DNA of 64,000 nt from positions 2,240,001 through 2,304,000 of the forward strand of contig OZ218778.1 of assembly GCA_965112635.1 (NCBI GenBank), read 5' to 3'. Position 1 is the first letter of the stretch. Each line of letters opens with the position of its first letter. Position numbers and translations under genes: made by a program. The notes beneath the pieces were generated by a model. It was not told the DNA's origin. It was given only the letters and a program-made list of their open reading frames with translations, and ran no database searches. Origin of the DNA: an uncultured bacterium (lineage in GTDB: Bacteria; Oederibacteriota; Oederibacteriia; Oederibacteriales; Oederibacteriaceae). Shown here piece after piece: positions 20,307 through 29,365 of this stretch.

Positions 20307-21701
20307 ATGCATAAATCAAGAAAACTTGGCAGGGAATCAGACCCAATCCAGGCCATACTAGAAGACAACAACGATCTGCCCAAAATTTCAATTATTGGGA
20401 GTCCTAATGTGGGCAAATCCACTTTGTTCAATAGGCTTATTCGTAAAAATATTGCCATTGTGGACAGCACTCCTGGCACAACAAGGGACAGACAAAAAAG
20501 AGCTGTTTCTCTGGGAAATGCGCTTGTCTGGCTGGAAGATTGCGGTGGATTTACAAGAAATAAAGGGGACATTGAAACTGAAATAAACAACAGAGTCATT
20601 CAATCGATTACTGAAGCTGCGATAATTATTTATGTTTTGGACTTTTTACGAGGTATTAGTGATAGTGATAAAAAATTGCTGGACATTATCAGAAAGCACG
20701 AAAATAAATCGGTAATAATTGCTGTAAATAAAGTGGATAACGACAATTTCATCAATAAAAATCCAAGAACTAAAGAATTTTTGAATTTCGGTTTAGGTAT
20801 GACGGTCTTTATTTCCGCGTTGCATAATAGAGGAATACAAGTATTAGAAGACAACTTAAGTGATTTCATTAATAAAAGATTGCAAACGTCGCCCAGCGGT
20901 GAATTGCTGACAAAAACTATTTGCATTATAGGCAGACCAAATGTCGGGAAATCTTCATTGGTCAACGCTCTTTTAGGACAAAATAAAATGATTGTTCACT
21001 CAGTTCCAAACACAACGCGAGATTCTGTTGAATTTAATATAAAGTTAGAATCGAAGATCCTAACTATCGTTGATACAGCCGGAATTCGGAAAAAGAAACA
21101 AATTCAGGGAAATATTGAGGATTTAGCGGTTACTAAGTCTTTACTTTATATCAGAAAAAGCGACATGGTACTTTATGTTGTAGATGCTCTTATGGGGATA
21201 GAGGACCAGGACAAAAAAATAGCAGGGTACATACATCAAGAAGGAAAGAAGTTAATAATTGTTGTCAATAAATGGGATTTAACAGATGGTTTGGAATCAA
21301 CAAAAAAACAATACACTAGTGAAATAAAAAGAATACTATTTTTTGCTGATTACGCACCAATTGTATTCATTTCAGCTCTAAAAAAGGAAGGTCTTGAAAA
21401 TTTGAAACTGATGATTGATAATATAGTAGCTGCTAACGAAAAAACCATCGAACAAAAAGAATTAAATGTAATTTTAAAGGAAATGTCTTCGAAACAAGGA
21501 TTTTCACGTAAAGGGAAATCTTTTACATTAAATTCTTTAACGCAAATTGGGGTCAATCCTCCCAGGTTTTTGATTAAAGTCAGCAGACCAGATCTTTTTC
21601 ATTTTAGCTTAAGGCGTCAATTGGAAAATAGAATCAGAGATAAATTTGGGTTTTTTGGTACAGCTTTGAAAATATATTTGGCTAAAAATCATAAAAACTA
21701 A
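20307..21701 (+). CDS. der: Ribosome biogenesis GTPase Der (EngA), diverged
   Basis: Two G domains (GSPNVGKS..PGTTRD..DCGG..NKVD; GRPNVGKS..TTRD..DTAG..NKWD) plus KH-like tail. Confidence 0.95.
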   Translation: MHKSRKLGRESDPIQAILEDNNDLPKISIIGSPNVGKSTLFNRLIRKNIAIVDSTPGTTRDRQKRAVSLGNALVWLEDCGGFTRNKGDIETEINNRVIQSITEAAIIIYVLDFLRGISDSDKKLLDIIRKHENKSVIIAVNKVDNDNFINKNPRTKEFLNFGLGMTVFISALHNRGIQVLEDNLSDFINKRLQTSPSGELLTKTICIIGRPNVGKSSLVNALLGQNKMIVHSVPNTTRDSVEFNIKLESKILTIVDTAGIRKKKQIQGNIEDLAVTKSLLYIRKSDMVLYVVDALMGIEDQDKKIAGYIHQEGKKLIIVVNKWDLTDGLESTKKQYTSEIKRILFFADYAPIVFISALKKEGLENLKLMIDNIVAANEKTIEQKELNVILKEMSSKQGFSRKGKSFTLNSLTQIGVNPPRFLIKVSRPDLFHFSLRRQLENRIRDKFGFFGTALKIYLAKNHKN

Positions 21702-21719
21702 ACGATGGAGTGCTAACTC

Positions 21720-22358
21720 GTGTTGTCTGTATTTTTTATTCTTACAGTTTCATATCTAATCGGTTCATTTCCAACGGGGTATATCATAGGAAAACTAAAA
21801 GGTATTGATATAAGAAAACAAGGTAGTGGCAATATTGGATTTACCAATGTTTACAGGATTCTTGGGCCTTTGCCAGGAATAATTGTATTTATTATCGATT
21901 TTTTAAAGGGTTATTTAACTGTCGCCATATTTTGCAATTATTTTGGGATTATTTTAGATTATCCAGTCAATTCTTGGATAAGAACAGGCGTAGGTTGCGC
22001 AGCAATTGCTGGCCATAATTGGAGTGTTTTCTTAGGTTTTAAAGGAGGCAAGGGCGTCCTGACCAGCGCAGGTGTTTTTTTTGCTTTATCCCCATTGTCA
22101 GCAAGCATTACACTAATTTTCTTTATCATTGTCATATTTATCTGGCACATCATATCTTTAGGTTCTTTGATTTCAGCAATTTTGTTGCCATTTTTAATTT
22201 GGATTTTTTCAGAACCCTTACCCGTTCTTTTATTAAGTATTTTGGCCTGTTTTTCAATAATATTAAAACATCGAGATAACATTAGAAGACTTATTGAAGG
22301 TAATGAGTATTACTTTGTTTTGTTCAAAAAAAACAATAAGAAAGCAAAAATATCATAA
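21720..22358 (+). CDS. plsY: Glycerol-3-phosphate acyltransferase PlsY
   Basis: YLIGSFP, GSGNIGFTN, DFLKG, GHNWSVFLGFKGGKGV, KHRDNIRRL. Confidence 0.96.
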   Translation: MLSVFFILTVSYLIGSFPTGYIIGKLKGIDIRKQGSGNIGFTNVYRILGPLPGIIVFIIDFLKGYLTVAIFCNYFGIILDYPVNSWIRTGVGCAAIAGHNWSVFLGFKGGKGVLTSAGVFFALSPLSASITLIFFIIVIFIWHIISLGSLISAILLPFLIWIFSEPLPVLLLSILACFSIILKHRDNIRRLIEGNEYYFVLFKKNNKKAKIS

Positions 22359-22366
22359 AAAACAAG

Positions 22367-23365
22367 CTGAAAATAACAGTATTAGGGGCGGGATCATGGG
22401 GCATTACTTTATCTATTTTGTTAAATAATAAAGGGAATCAAGTTACTTTATGGGATCCTTCTGAAAATTACTTGAAAAAGCTAGGGAAAATAAGGCAAAA
22501 TAAGGAGCATTTACCAGGAATTACCATACCGGATTCTATTAGAATCGAATATAATATTGCTAACACCTTAGCCCTGAGTGATATTATTGTTCTGGCAATA
22601 ATTTCACAAAAAACGAGGTTAATTATAAAAAAGTTTGCTCCATTCTTTCCGAAAAGTGCAATTTTTGTTAATGTTTCTAAAGGAATTGAACGGAAATCGC
22701 TGAAAACATTATCGCAGGTGTTTAAGGAAGAGGTGCCCAAATTAATAAGAAATTATTGCGTTTTATCAGGCCCTAGTCATGCGGAAGAAGTTATTAAAAA
22801 TGTTCCCACAGCTGTAGTAGTTGCTTCAAAATCAAGGAAAATTGCAAAAACAATTCAAAATCTTTTTATAACTCGGAATTTTAGAGTTTACACAAGTAAT
22901 GATGTAGTTGGAGTTGAGTTAGGTTCAGCCTTAAAAAATGTAATTGCTGTTGCGGCAGGAATAGTTGATGGTATCGGACTAGGAAGTAACACCAAAGCTG
23001 CTCTCATTACACGAGGACTTGCTGAAATAACTAGATTTGCTAAAGCAAAAGGCGGGAAAATCATAACAATTACTGGATTAAGCGGTTTAGGTGACCTAAT
23101 AGTAACTTGCAATAGTAAATATAGTAGAAATAGGTTTGTTGGTGAGCAAATTGGGAAAGGTAGCAAATTAATAGATATTCTCAATTCAAGAAAAGATTTT
23201 GTTGAAGGAATTCCAACAACTAAAGCAGTTTATTTACTTTCAAAAAAAAGTAATATTTCAATGCCCATTACCGAACAAATTTACAATGTAATATTTAAGG
23301 AAAAATCACCTATATTAGCCATTAAAGATCTGATGACTAGGGCCGGGAAAGCCGAAAATACTTAA
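22367..23365 (+). CDS. gpsA: NAD(P)H-dependent glycerol-3-phosphate dehydrogenase (probable non-canonical CTG start)
   Basis: KITVLGAGSWG lies in frame upstream of the track start (22418); SKGIE, LSGPSHAEEV, LKNVIA, GLGDLIVTC.S..SRN. Confidence 0.93.
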   Translation: MKITVLGAGSWGITLSILLNNKGNQVTLWDPSENYLKKLGKIRQNKEHLPGITIPDSIRIEYNIANTLALSDIIVLAIISQKTRLIIKKFAPFFPKSAIFVNVSKGIERKSLKTLSQVFKEEVPKLIRNYCVLSGPSHAEEVIKNVPTAVVVASKSRKIAKTIQNLFITRNFRVYTSNDVVGVELGSALKNVIAVAAGIVDGIGLGSNTKAALITRGLAEITRFAKAKGGKIITITGLSGLGDLIVTCNSKYSRNRFVGEQIGKGSKLIDILNSRKDFVEGIPTTKAVYLLSKKSNISMPITEQIYNVIFKEKSPILAIKDLMTRAGKAENT

Positions 23366-23401
23366 GTTTAGAATTTATAATATTTTATGAACTAAGGAGG
23401 A

Positions 23402-23686
23402 ATGATGACTAAAGAAGATCTTATAAAAAGTATCGGAACTCTTGGATTTTCAAGAAGAAATTCAGTTCTTGCAGTTGAAGCCATACTAAATTCAATTCGA
23501 GAATCCTTAAAAAAAGGAAAGCAGGTTAAAATTACAGATTTTGGAACATTTTTAATCAAAAAAAGGGCTGCAAGGCAAGGTAGAAATCCCAAAACCGGTG
23601 TTTCAGTTCAGATTCCAGCGAAATTAATACCTCATTTCAAGGCCAGCAAAAATTTAAAGGAGATGGTCAAAGTTGCTCCTAACTAA
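23402..23686 (+). CDS. ihfA: Integration host factor alpha / HU family DNA-binding protein
   Basis: MTKEDL, VKITDFGTF, RQGRNPKTG, FKAS; followed by MerR gene as in ihfA-merR loci. Confidence 0.8.
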   Translation: MMTKEDLIKSIGTLGFSRRNSVLAVEAILNSIRESLKKGKQVKITDFGTFLIKKRAARQGRNPKTGVSVQIPAKLIPHFKASKNLKEMVKVAPN

Positions 23687-24023
23687 TTTTGTAAACAACA
23701 AATTATTCTATTCAATAAGTGAAGTAAGTAGGTTAACAAAAATTCCTACTTATATACTAAGATATTGGGAAAAGGAATTTAAAGATCTTAAACCAGAGAA
23801 AAGTTCGACAGGGCAAAGAAGATATCGATATAAAGATATTGAAACAGTTAAATTTATTTATAAACTCTTGTATCAGGATATGTTTTCTATAAAAGGCGCA
23901 AAACGTAGAATTAAAGAGTTAAAGAAAGAGAATAAGCAATTAGGATTTAATCTTGATAGAAAAGAGCCTAATTTATCAAAAGTAATTGAAAAGCTTGAAG
24001 AAATAAGGAATTTAATTCAATGA
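23673..24023 (+). CDS. MerR family transcriptional regulator
   Basis: YSISEVS...LRYWEKEF..LKPEK..GQRRY...FSIKGAK. Confidence 0.9.
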   Translation: MLLTNFVNNKLFYSISEVSRLTKIPTYILRYWEKEFKDLKPEKSSTGQRRYRYKDIETVKFIYKLLYQDMFSIKGAKRRIKELKKENKQLGFNLDRKEPNLSKVIEKLEEIRNLIQ

Positions 24024-24031
24024 TAAAGGCC

Positions 24032-24059
24032 ATGTCCGGTAATATATATTATGTTAACC
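24032..24059. other. dif site (XerC/XerD chromosome dimer resolution site), replication terminus
   Basis: ATGTCCGGTAA-TATATA-TTATGTTAACC: 11-6-11 architecture; right arm matches E. coli XerD arm TTATGTTAAAT at 9/11; intergenic at the gene-orientation switch. Confidence 0.85.
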
Positions 24060-24067
24060 TTCTTGTA

Positions 24068-24637
24068 TTAAAAAACACCTTCACAAAACAAAATTCTATT
24101 AATCAGCTTAATGGTTTTATTTAAGTCCCTGTTCACAACAATATAGTCATATAGAAATATCTTGCTTATTTCTTCATTTATTTTTGATAAACGTTTTTTG
24201 ATTTCGCATTTAACATCAGTGTTTCTTTTTACAAGTCTTTTTTTTAAATACGATCTTGAAGGAGGCAAAACAAAAATAGAAACTGTTTTATTGAAAAACT
24301 TATCAATATGTTTTTTCCCGTTATAATCGACATTTAAAAGAGGGATGTTTCCTAATTTTGTGATACTCCTTAGATTTTGAACGCTTGTGCCATAATAATT
24401 GTTATAAATTTTTGCACACTCAATAAAATACCCTTTATTCAAACGTTTTTTAAATTCATTTGAATTAATAAAGTGATAATCAACATGATCGTTTTCATTA
24501 TCTCTTGGTGGCCTTGTTGTGAATGATATGCTTTTAGTTAACGCTTTGTTTAATTTAATTAAACGGTTGGCAATGGTTGTTTTTCCGGTACCTGAGGGCG
24601 CTGAAATAACTACTATAACTTTTTTGTTCTTTCCCAT
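24068..24637 (-). CDS. gmk: Guanylate kinase
   Basis: SAPSGTGKTT, SISFTTRPPR..E..VDYHF, NYYGT, IFVLPPS, YDYIVVN. Confidence 0.95.
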   Translation of the reverse strand: MGKNKKVIVVISAPSGTGKTTIANRLIKLNKALTKSISFTTRPPRDNENDHVDYHFINSNEFKKRLNKGYFIECAKIYNNYYGTSVQNLRSITKLGNIPLLNVDYNGKKHIDKFFNKTVSIFVLPPSRSYLKKRLVKRNTDVKCEIKKRLSKINEEISKIFLYDYIVVNRDLNKTIKLINRILFCEGVF

Positions 24638-24638
24638 T

Positions 24639-25511
24639 TTATTCTATGTTTTGCGCCTGTTCTCTTATTTTTTCTATCTCTTCTTTAGCTAGTATTGAAA
24701 GTTCTATTACATTTATATCATGACACTTAGAATTTATAGTATTTAGTTCCCTATTTAATTCTTGGCATAAAAAATCCAAATGCTTGCCGCAATTTTTAGA
24801 GTTTTCCAATAAATTCTTTATCTTTATAATATGTGAGTTGATTCTGTCAATTTCTTCAGAAATAATATTTCTTTCCAAAAATTTGTTTATAATTTCTACT
24901 ACTTGTTTTTTTTCGTTATCTTTAGCTGCCATTAATAACTTTATGCTTTTTTGAGCCTTTATATATTCATTATTCAAATATTGTTCAATTCTAGCTTTTA
25001 ATTTATCAATATATTTATGAAATTTAAAAATATTTAACAGAATACACTTTTTTAAATAAACTCCTTCAATTCCTTTATCTTTTTTTGTTTTATCTATTAT
25101 TTTTACTAGGTATTTAATACACTTCTTCCAAAATAATTTATTTTCAAATAGATTAATATTCAAACGTTCAATTGACCCTGGTAAAGAAAGTAATTGGAAT
25201 TCGCCTATATTTTTATATATGCTTCCCAATTTTGATTTTTTTAATTCATTTAAATAAGCATTAATTTGGTTGGGGTTTAATTTGTAGTTTGTGTTATTGT
25301 TATTAAATATATCTACGGTTAAATCAATTTTCCCTCTATTAAATGACTTTTTTAGTAGTTTAAAAATGAGGTTTTCTTTTTTGAAAGACTTTACGCTTAA
25401 TTTTAGGTTAATTTCAAGAAATTTTGAATTGAGAGAGCGTATTTCAATATTTACAGTATGATTCAAATAATAGAAAGTGCCGTATCCATAACCGGTCATG
25501 CTACTTATCAT
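24639..25511 (-). CDS. yicC: YicC/YloC family endoribonuclease, diverged
   Basis: MISSMTGYG, EIRSLNSKFLE, RGKID, EEIDRINSH, GKHLDFLCQELNRELNTINSK, EKIREQAQNIE. Confidence 0.93.
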   Translation of the reverse strand: MISSMTGYGYGTFYYLNHTVNIEIRSLNSKFLEINLKLSVKSFKKENLIFKLLKKSFNRGKIDLTVDIFNNNNTNYKLNPNQINAYLNELKKSKLGSIYKNIGEFQLLSLPGSIERLNINLFENKLFWKKCIKYLVKIIDKTKKDKGIEGVYLKKCILLNIFKFHKYIDKLKARIEQYLNNEYIKAQKSIKLLMAAKDNEKKQVVEIINKFLERNIISEEIDRINSHIIKIKNLLENSKNCGKHLDFLCQELNRELNTINSKCHDINVIELSILAKEEIEKIREQAQNIE

Positions 25512-25520
25512 TGCGTGGCC

Positions 25521-26246
25521 TTAGAAAGACAATCCAAAGCAACCACCTTCTTCATCAGTTGCTGAGGCTTTGGGGGCATTACTTAAAGAACTCGATGTTT
25601 TGCTGGTTCCGGTTAGGACCTCAGGTATTTCAACAACAGTATGGCTAAGTTTTTCGCGACTTATTTGAGTGTCTTCCATAGTTACAGAGCCAGTTTGCGC
25701 AAATGTTTTAGCGCCTTCGATTTGACAATGTTGAATCATGCAATCCTTGGTCGATTGTTCTCCAAATAGGATGCCCCCCCAGCTTGAAGTTCCCTCGTTT
25801 GTAGTGAATAGAATGGGTTTATCATGAGTTCCCACAGCTTTTAATGTCCCTAATATCTTTAAAACTAAATCCGGTTTTGTTGATGGAAAAATCACATCTC
25901 CCCCGAATTTAATCACCACTCCTGGTTCAATGCTCAGGGTGACTTGCGGCGGTATGATTATGTCTCCAACTATGACATATGGACTATTAGCTGCCCTAAA
26001 AGTCATGTTCTCTTTGAAATCACCGCCCGTGACGTAAGTTTGTCCATTCACTTTAAACATGGTAATAGGCACATGGACAATCTCCTCTCCTGTGCCTTCC
26101 TCCGTTGATGAGGAAGTGGTAACATTTTGAACCTGTGGATTGTCACCAGGGTTTGGCTGCTGTCCAAATTGTTCCTGGGCATAGAGAGTCGTAAAAGCTA
26201 AAATAAATATTAATAAAAAACATAAACGGCAATAATTTCGATACAT
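25521..26246 (-). CDS. Hypothetical secreted protein with a short beta-helix-type segment
   Basis: Signal peptide; SPYVIVGDIIIP..VTLSIEPGVVIKF...GTLKAVGT.DKPILFT...WGGILF. Confidence 0.7.
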   Translation of the reverse strand: MYRNYCRLCFLLIFILAFTTLYAQEQFGQQPNPGDNPQVQNVTTSSSTEEGTGEEIVHVPITMFKVNGQTYVTGGDFKENMTFRAANSPYVIVGDIIIPPQVTLSIEPGVVIKFGGDVIFPSTKPDLVLKILGTLKAVGTHDKPILFTTNEGTSSWGGILFGEQSTKDCMIQHCQIEGAKTFAQTGSVTMEDTQISREKLSHTVVEIPEVLTGTSKTSSSLSNAPKASATDEEGGCFGLSF

Positions 26247-26289
26247 AATTTCCTCCCGTAGAAAGCAATTAAACCAGATAAATTAATAA

Positions 26290-26961
26290 TTACAAAGACA
26301 AATAATTTTTTTTATAACCTGAGCGGAGTCTGAAAAGGATGTCCTCTGCCTTATCTTTTTCATTAAGCTTAATATAGCATTCCGCTAAGAAAAACAAAGA
26401 ACTTGGTACTAGTTTCGATTGGGGTTGATCTTTTATGAGTTTTTGGAATATTTTAATAGCATTACGAAAATCGTTTTCATAAAAAAAACACTCACCAATT
26501 TTATAGCTAATCATATCAACGCATTCAACATCCCTAAATGTTCTTACGACAAAATTGTAATAATAACAAGACTTCTTAAAATCTTTCTTAAAAAAGCAAG
26601 AATCAGCCAATAAAAGCGAAGCATAACTACAGACAAATCTATCACTATTGCTGTTCTTTTCAAGGAATCTCACAAAATTATCGTAAGAATTATTGAAACT
26701 ATTCCTTTCAAATAAATTAATATATCCCATTAAAATAAGCGCCTTATCTGCATAAGGTGCTTCGTTGCCGTACGAAACAATCTTGCTCAGGCCGGCTTGG
26801 GCGCTCCTATAATCACCTTTTTCAAAATCCCTTAAAGAATCCATATACTGTTTAAGTAATAAATCTTTATCGGCTATTGGCTGGCTGTAGCAACCGAAGC
26901 AAATTAAATAAATTAATAAAAATAAAATAAAATTATATAGAAGATAAAGGAGGCGCTGCAT
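26290..26961 (-). CDS. TPR repeat protein (BamD/CpoB-like)
   Basis: Signal/lipoprotein-like N-terminus; TPR repeats (YKIGECFF..DFRNAIKIFQKLIKDQPQS..VPSSLFFLAECY). Confidence 0.7.
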   Translation of the reverse strand: MQRLLYLLYNFILFLLIYLICFGCYSQPIADKDLLLKQYMDSLRDFEKGDYRSAQAGLSKIVSYGNEAPYADKALILMGYINLFERNSFNNSYDNFVRFLEKNSNSDRFVCSYASLLLADSCFFKKDFKKSCYYYNFVVRTFRDVECVDMISYKIGECFFYENDFRNAIKIFQKLIKDQPQSKLVPSSLFFLAECYIKLNEKDKAEDILFRLRSGYKKNYLSL

Positions 26962-26996
26962 GCGGCCTTATTTTTATCCATTCTTAGAAAGAAATG

Positions 26997-27069
26997 AGCT
27001 GATGGTCGGATTTGAACCGACGACCTATCGATTACGAATCGATTGCTCTACCAACTGAGCTACATCAGC
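26997..27069 (-). tRNA. tRNA-Thr(CGT)
   Basis: GCTGATG acceptor stem, anticodon arm ATCGA-TTCGTAA-TCGAT, TTCAAAT T-loop; CCA not encoded. Confidence 0.95.
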
Positions 27070-27072
27070 TTC

Positions 27073-27795
27073 TCAAGCGGTCTCAGCTTGCAAATCGATT
27101 TTAGTAATATTGATATCACTAAATGCTTTATCTTGCCATATGATAATCGATTTAATTCTTATTAATTCAAGTAATGCCAAGAATAAAACTACTTTGTGAA
27201 GTAGGTTCTGTTGTTTGGCAACGATATCGTTGAACTGGACTTTCTCATTGTTTGTAAAATAGTCTAAAAGTTCATTGATTTTTTGGCTTATCGATATGTC
27301 GTCTTTAGCAATTTCATGGATAAACTCCGGTTTAAGCTTGTCAGTGATTTCTTTAAAAGTTCCCAGTAAGTCAAAAAGGTCTAATTTCAATATCTCTGTG
27401 CCTTTGGAAATATAGGCAACCGCTTTTGAGCCGCTCCCAAAGATATCCCTTTGCAGCAATTCTTTTTGTTCCAGAGATGTAGCCAAATCTTTGAACTTTT
27501 TATACTCTATCAGCCGCTGGATCAGTTCGTCCTTAGTTTCGTCAACCTCCTCAGGTTGAGTTTCATCCCTGGGAAGCAACATTTTGGACTTTATCTGCAT
27601 CAAGGTGGATGCCATGACTAAGAATTCTCCTATACCCTCCATTTCAAAAAATTTCATTAAATTGACATAGGCAATGAAATCATTAGTGATCTTTAGAATG
27701 GGAATATCAAAAATATTAAACTCGTTTTTCCGGACTAGGTAAAGCAGAAGATCCAAGGGGCCGTCAAACGTATTAAGTTGTAGTGAAAATTCCAT
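27073..27795 (-). CDS. scpA: Segregation and condensation protein A
   Basis: FDGPLDLLLYL, DIPI..IT, EFLVMASTL..IKSKMLLP, FLALLEL. Confidence 0.95.
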   Translation of the reverse strand: MEFSLQLNTFDGPLDLLLYLVRKNEFNIFDIPILKITNDFIAYVNLMKFFEMEGIGEFLVMASTLMQIKSKMLLPRDETQPEEVDETKDELIQRLIEYKKFKDLATSLEQKELLQRDIFGSGSKAVAYISKGTEILKLDLFDLLGTFKEITDKLKPEFIHEIAKDDISISQKINELLDYFTNNEKVQFNDIVAKQQNLLHKVVLFLALLELIRIKSIIIWQDKAFSDINITKIDLQAETA

Positions 27796-27814
27796 TTAAT
27801 CTCCGCAAATAATA

Positions 27815-28378
27815 TTATTTGCTGGCATTATTCACAAGGCCAGCGTCCCTGGAGAACAATTGATCAAGTTCGTTGATGGTCGGAAGGTCCTTAAGGTCCT
27901 TGAGGCCGAATTGCTGTAAAAATTCCTTCGTGGTGCCGTAAAGAAAGGGTCTTCCTATCCCCTCCTGCCTTCCGACCAACCTTATCAAATTCCTATCCAT
28001 TAAAGTATTTAAGACCCCGTCGGAAATCACGCCCCGAATCGACTCAATCTGGACCTTCGTGACAGGTTGACGGTAAGCGATGATGGCCAAGGTCTCCAAA
28101 GCCTGTTTGGACAGTTTATTTGAGATGTTCGCTTGTAGAAGTTTTTTGATCCAAGGCGCAAAAACCTGCCTAGTGCACATCTGATAACCATTGGCTATTT
28201 CAACAATATGAAACCCTCCGGGGTTTTCCTCGTATTTATTCATAAGTTCCTTAAGGGCGGCTTGTATCAGTTTCGTATCGTTGATGTTTAGCACTTTCTC
28301 TACAGTACGAACATCCAAAGGCCCCTCGGAAACAAATAAAAGACTTTCCAGAATATCCTTTAACTCGTTCTTTTCCAT
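27815..28378 (-). CDS. scpB: SMC-Scp complex subunit ScpB
   Basis: LESLLF, GYQMCT, LSKQALETLAIIAYRQPVT..IESIRGV, GRPFLYGTT..FL..FGL. Confidence 0.96.
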   Translation of the reverse strand: MEKNELKDILESLLFVSEGPLDVRTVEKVLNINDTKLIQAALKELMNKYEENPGGFHIVEIANGYQMCTRQVFAPWIKKLLQANISNKLSKQALETLAIIAYRQPVTKVQIESIRGVISDGVLNTLMDRNLIRLVGRQEGIGRPFLYGTTKEFLQQFGLKDLKDLPTINELDQLFSRDAGLVNNASK

Positions 28379-28430
28379 ACTTTATCCTCAATACAAAGAA
28401 GTTTTAAGAGTTTGTCACTGAAAAAGCAAC

Positions 28431-29342
28431 TCAGCTCCTGGGATGAAGGTTTTTGTGGTACTTTTTCAAGGAGTCGGCTTCTAAGTGAGTATATATCTGC
28501 GTGGTAGAAATGCTAGTGTGTCCTAACATTTCTTGCACACTTCTTAAATCCGCCCCCCTTTTCAGCAGATGGGTGGCAAACGTGTGACGCAGGGTGTGCG
28601 GGGTGATATTGGCAGGTAAACCAGCCTGTCTAAAATAAAATTTGATTATCTTCCAAATTCCCGTTCGCGAAAATATTTTCCCCGATTTGGTCAGAAACAG
28701 ATAAGAACTGTTGTATGGGTTAAGGTTAGGCCGCTGTTTTTGGATGTACGCCTTTAGTCTGATCATAGATGCTCCGCCAAGAGGTATCATCCTTTCTTTG
28801 TTTCCCTTACCGATGCATCTTAAATATTCGTTGTCAAAGTTTATATTTTCAATCTTTAAATTCATTAGCTCTGAGATTCTGAGCCCTGCTCCATAGAGTA
28901 CTTCCAGCATAGCGATATTTCTTAAAAAAAAAGGATCCTTTGAATTTTCTAAAGATAGCAGATTTTTTATGTCTTTGAGGGAGATCACTTTTGGTAGCAA
29001 CTTGGATTTAGCTGGCAATTCAATTTCGGAAAGTACCGTTTCCCCCAATTCATTCCTAGTGGCCAGGTATTTGTAAAACGATTTAATTGCGCTAATTTTC
29101 TGAGAAAGAGAGGAGGCTTGGAGTTTTTTCTCGCTCAAGTATTTGATATAGAGCGAGACGCCGCGATCGTCCGTGTCTTTAAGTAGGTCGTGATTTTTTT
29201 GCGAAAGATAGGCTTTGAATTCCCTAAGAGTCTTTTCATAGGAGTATATTGTGTTGGCTGACAGCCCTTTTTCCACAGCTAGATAAGTGATAAACCTGGA
29301 GATAGAATCTCCCTTTGAATTTTGGTTTATCCGACGCTTCAT
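28431..29342 (-). CDS. xerD: Site-specific tyrosine recombinase XerD
   Basis: EKGLSANTIYSY, LYGAGLRISE, GKGNKER, TPHTLRHTFATHLL..GADLRSVQEMLGH.SISTTQIYTH...HPR. Confidence 0.93.
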   Translation of the reverse strand: MKRRINQNSKGDSISRFITYLAVEKGLSANTIYSYEKTLREFKAYLSQKNHDLLKDTDDRGVSLYIKYLSEKKLQASSLSQKISAIKSFYKYLATRNELGETVLSEIELPAKSKLLPKVISLKDIKNLLSLENSKDPFFLRNIAMLEVLYGAGLRISELMNLKIENINFDNEYLRCIGKGNKERMIPLGGASMIRLKAYIQKQRPNLNPYNSSYLFLTKSGKIFSRTGIWKIIKFYFRQAGLPANITPHTLRHTFATHLLKRGADLRSVQEMLGHTSISTTQIYTHLEADSLKKYHKNLHPRS

Positions 29343-29365
29343 GGGCTCATTCCGCTAGAATAATT

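Noticed and set aside
25521-25560. C-terminal EEGGCFGLSF as a GlyGly/CFI-type sorting signal
   Set aside because: No following transmembrane helix or basic tail; single instance
20280-27000. AT-rich region as a horizontally acquired island
   Set aside because: Contains mostly syntenic core genes, GC changes gradually, and no mobility genes are present
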